Shown here piece after piece: positions 46,601-48,596 of a DNA stretch of 48,596 nt. The stretch's first letter is position 1, and every line of letters starts with the position of its first letter. Source of the stretch: Folioceros fuciformis (lineage: Eukaryota); assembly GCA_049999805.1 (NCBI GenBank), contig JBNGIO010004124.1, positions 1 to 48,596 of the forward strand, read 5' to 3'. The notes beneath the pieces were generated by a model. It saw only the letters and a program-made list of their open reading frames with translations. It had not been told where the DNA came from and searched no databases. A program made the position numbers and the translations under genes.

Positions 46601-48596
46601 CTCACGGAGGCTGAGCGCAAGTACACCACAACCGAGAGGGAGGCACTTGGCATGGTTTACTCATGTCGTAAATTTCATCATTACTCCTCTCCTATGAGTT
46701 TTTGTTCCATGTGGATCATTTTGCTCTCAAGCACCTGGTCAACAAGGCAGATCTATCGGGCTGGATAGTCCACTGGATTTTGCTCCTATAGGAGTTCACA
46801 TTCACCGTGGAAACAAGAGAAGGGTGCAGACATGTGAATGCTGATTTCCTGTCAAGGCTGAAGACAAAGAAAGTGGTTCAAGACTAGGAAGATGACTTTT
46901 CGGAAGAGGCGTTTTCAGCAGAGCCAGTTGGGAAAGAAAGGGCCAAACCAAATGCTAAGTTGCCAAGAGATGGAGGTGTGGCGCCGAATGAGAAGGGGAG
47001 AAGAGGGTTTCGTAAACTGTCTTACCAAGAGGTATCTGATTTTTTAGGCACGGGGGAATTTCCAGCTGATCTCTCACGGCAGCAGCAACGGCTGTTCCTT
47101 TATTTCATGAGGCTGGTAGTTAAGCACAAGGACAAGGTGTATCGCACAGGAGCTGATGGAGTGGACCGTTTGTGGGTCAACCATGACAAAGTGGAGCAGG
47201 TTATCAACTCCTTGCATGAGGGAGAGGCTGGAGGTCATTATGCAGCCCATGTAACCTGTAGAAAAATTATGGCAGTAGGGTATTGGTGGCCAACAATGCA
47301 TGCTGATGCTTGGGAATTCATCAAGAGGTGTGATGCGTGCCAAAGGGTGGGGAAGCCTACCAAGACAACACAATGGCCATTGGTCCCCATCCTAGCTCTA
47401 GCACCATTTGAGAAGTAGGGGATTGATTTCGTAGGACCAATTCAGCCAAAGTCCAAGGGGAGGCAAAACCAATACATCTTGGTAGCAACCGACTACTGCA
47501 CACGCATGGTGGAGGCTCAAGCTTTGCCCGTGGACACAGCGAATGTGGTGGCCAGATTTTTGTTTGAGCAGATCATCACAAGGTATGGATGTCCGTTACA
47601 GCTCGTAAGTGACAGGGGCACTCACTTCATCAATGAAGTGGTCAAGCACATGACTGAATATTTCAGTATCAGTCATAGGAAGACCACTCCCTCCAACCCC
47701 AAGGCCAATTGGCTCACGGAGAAGGCTAATGGGTTGTTATGCAAGATTCTCAGCAAGCTAACCGTCACATATGCTCATGACTGGGATAGGAAGCTTCATT
47801 CAGCCTTGTGGGCATATAGGACTGCGGAGAAGGTCACTACCTAGCAGACCCCTTATTATCTCACCTATGGACACTCCCCGGTCATGCCAATTGAATTCGA
47901 GGTACCTACCTTGAGAATGCAGGAGAGCAACTGATTGCCAGTGGAGGAGAGCCAGCTGGAGAGGTTGACTAGTTTTGTGCAGCATGAGGAGGATAAAGGA
48001 CGGGCCTTGGCTGTTTTCCTTGAGGTCCAGGAGAGGAGGAAGAAATGGCATGACCAGAAGTTGCGTAAACAGGAGTATGTCTTCCCTGGAGATTTGGCCT
48101 TATTATACGACAATAAGTACATGCACTTTCCAGGAAAGCTGCACTTGAGGTGGATGGAGCCTTACAGAGTGCTGGAGGTGTATGAGAATGGATCTATCCA
48201 ACTACAGCACCTCAATAGCCCTAACTTGCCAACTAGAGTCAACGGCTGGCGAGTGAAGAAATATTATCAGTAGTTGGTGGGGACGCCAACAAATGAGAAG
48301 GGGAGTATGTGGAGACCACATGGTAGACGGGCCTCTTAGAAACAGGGTAGTATTTTTTTTTTTGAGTTTTGAGTGAATTCCTTGGAAGGATAATTAGGAA
48401 ACTATGTTAGATAGGACTAGATTAGGTAGGCTGATTAGGAGATAGCGGTAGTGGAAATCAGAGAGTGAACAGTCGTCTAGCTAACCCGTGCCCATGGAGA
48501 AGGCGAAGTAATGGGTGGAGTGTGCCCGTCACGAGGGATGCCTGCATGTGTGGAACCCTAAGTCAGGTGTGTGAGGGTGAGTGGGGGCCTTGGGAG

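Larger units (their letters stand above)
42497..48596 (+). mobile_element. Ty3/gypsy LTR retrotransposon (non-chromovirus, Athila-like PBS), decayed; 3' LTR lies beyond the window
   Basis: The 5' LTR ends ...CCACA at 43652, followed by PBS TGGCATCGTTGCCGG. Then a gag remnant (ENPDEFVERFE), protease (VPLDTGSRVNIM), RT (WVAPMVVVPKK, RLNKATKKDHFPLPYID, VFTDDF), RNase H (FHVYVDVSAFAIG, YTTTEREAL) and integrase (HEGEAGGH..CDAC, GIDFVGP, VSDRGTHF), in gypsy domain order. The LTR start is tentative. Confidence 0.92.

Overview
Nuclear DNA from a seed-free land plant. A hornwort such as Anthoceros is most likely; this is inferred from tight gene packing, ~85-130 bp introns and KP-type DYW PPR genes. 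Bases 1-33.5 kb are gene-dense: CPSF160, FAM136A/DUF842, phosphoserine aminotransferase, cytosolic HSP70, a WTF1-like PORR protein, RPS27, two tandem PLS-PPR-DYW:KP paralogs, AXR1/NAE1, an unknown repeat/coiled-coil protein and an AZG1-like purine permease. Bases 33.8-48.6 kb are a nested island of decayed LTR retrotransposons (three Ty1/copia remnants, one gag-protease element and one Ty3/gypsy element). Two observations stand out. (1) A retroelement remnant on the minus strand carries a C5-cytosine DNA methyltransferase-like domain after gag and protease (LFGGICTG...DVLIAGWECQG); the ORF track misses it. (2) Both DYW:KP PPR proteins (putative U-to-C editing factors) carry an N-terminal OSB-type PDF ssDNA-binding motif. 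All calls come from reading and motif recognition only; no database searches were run.
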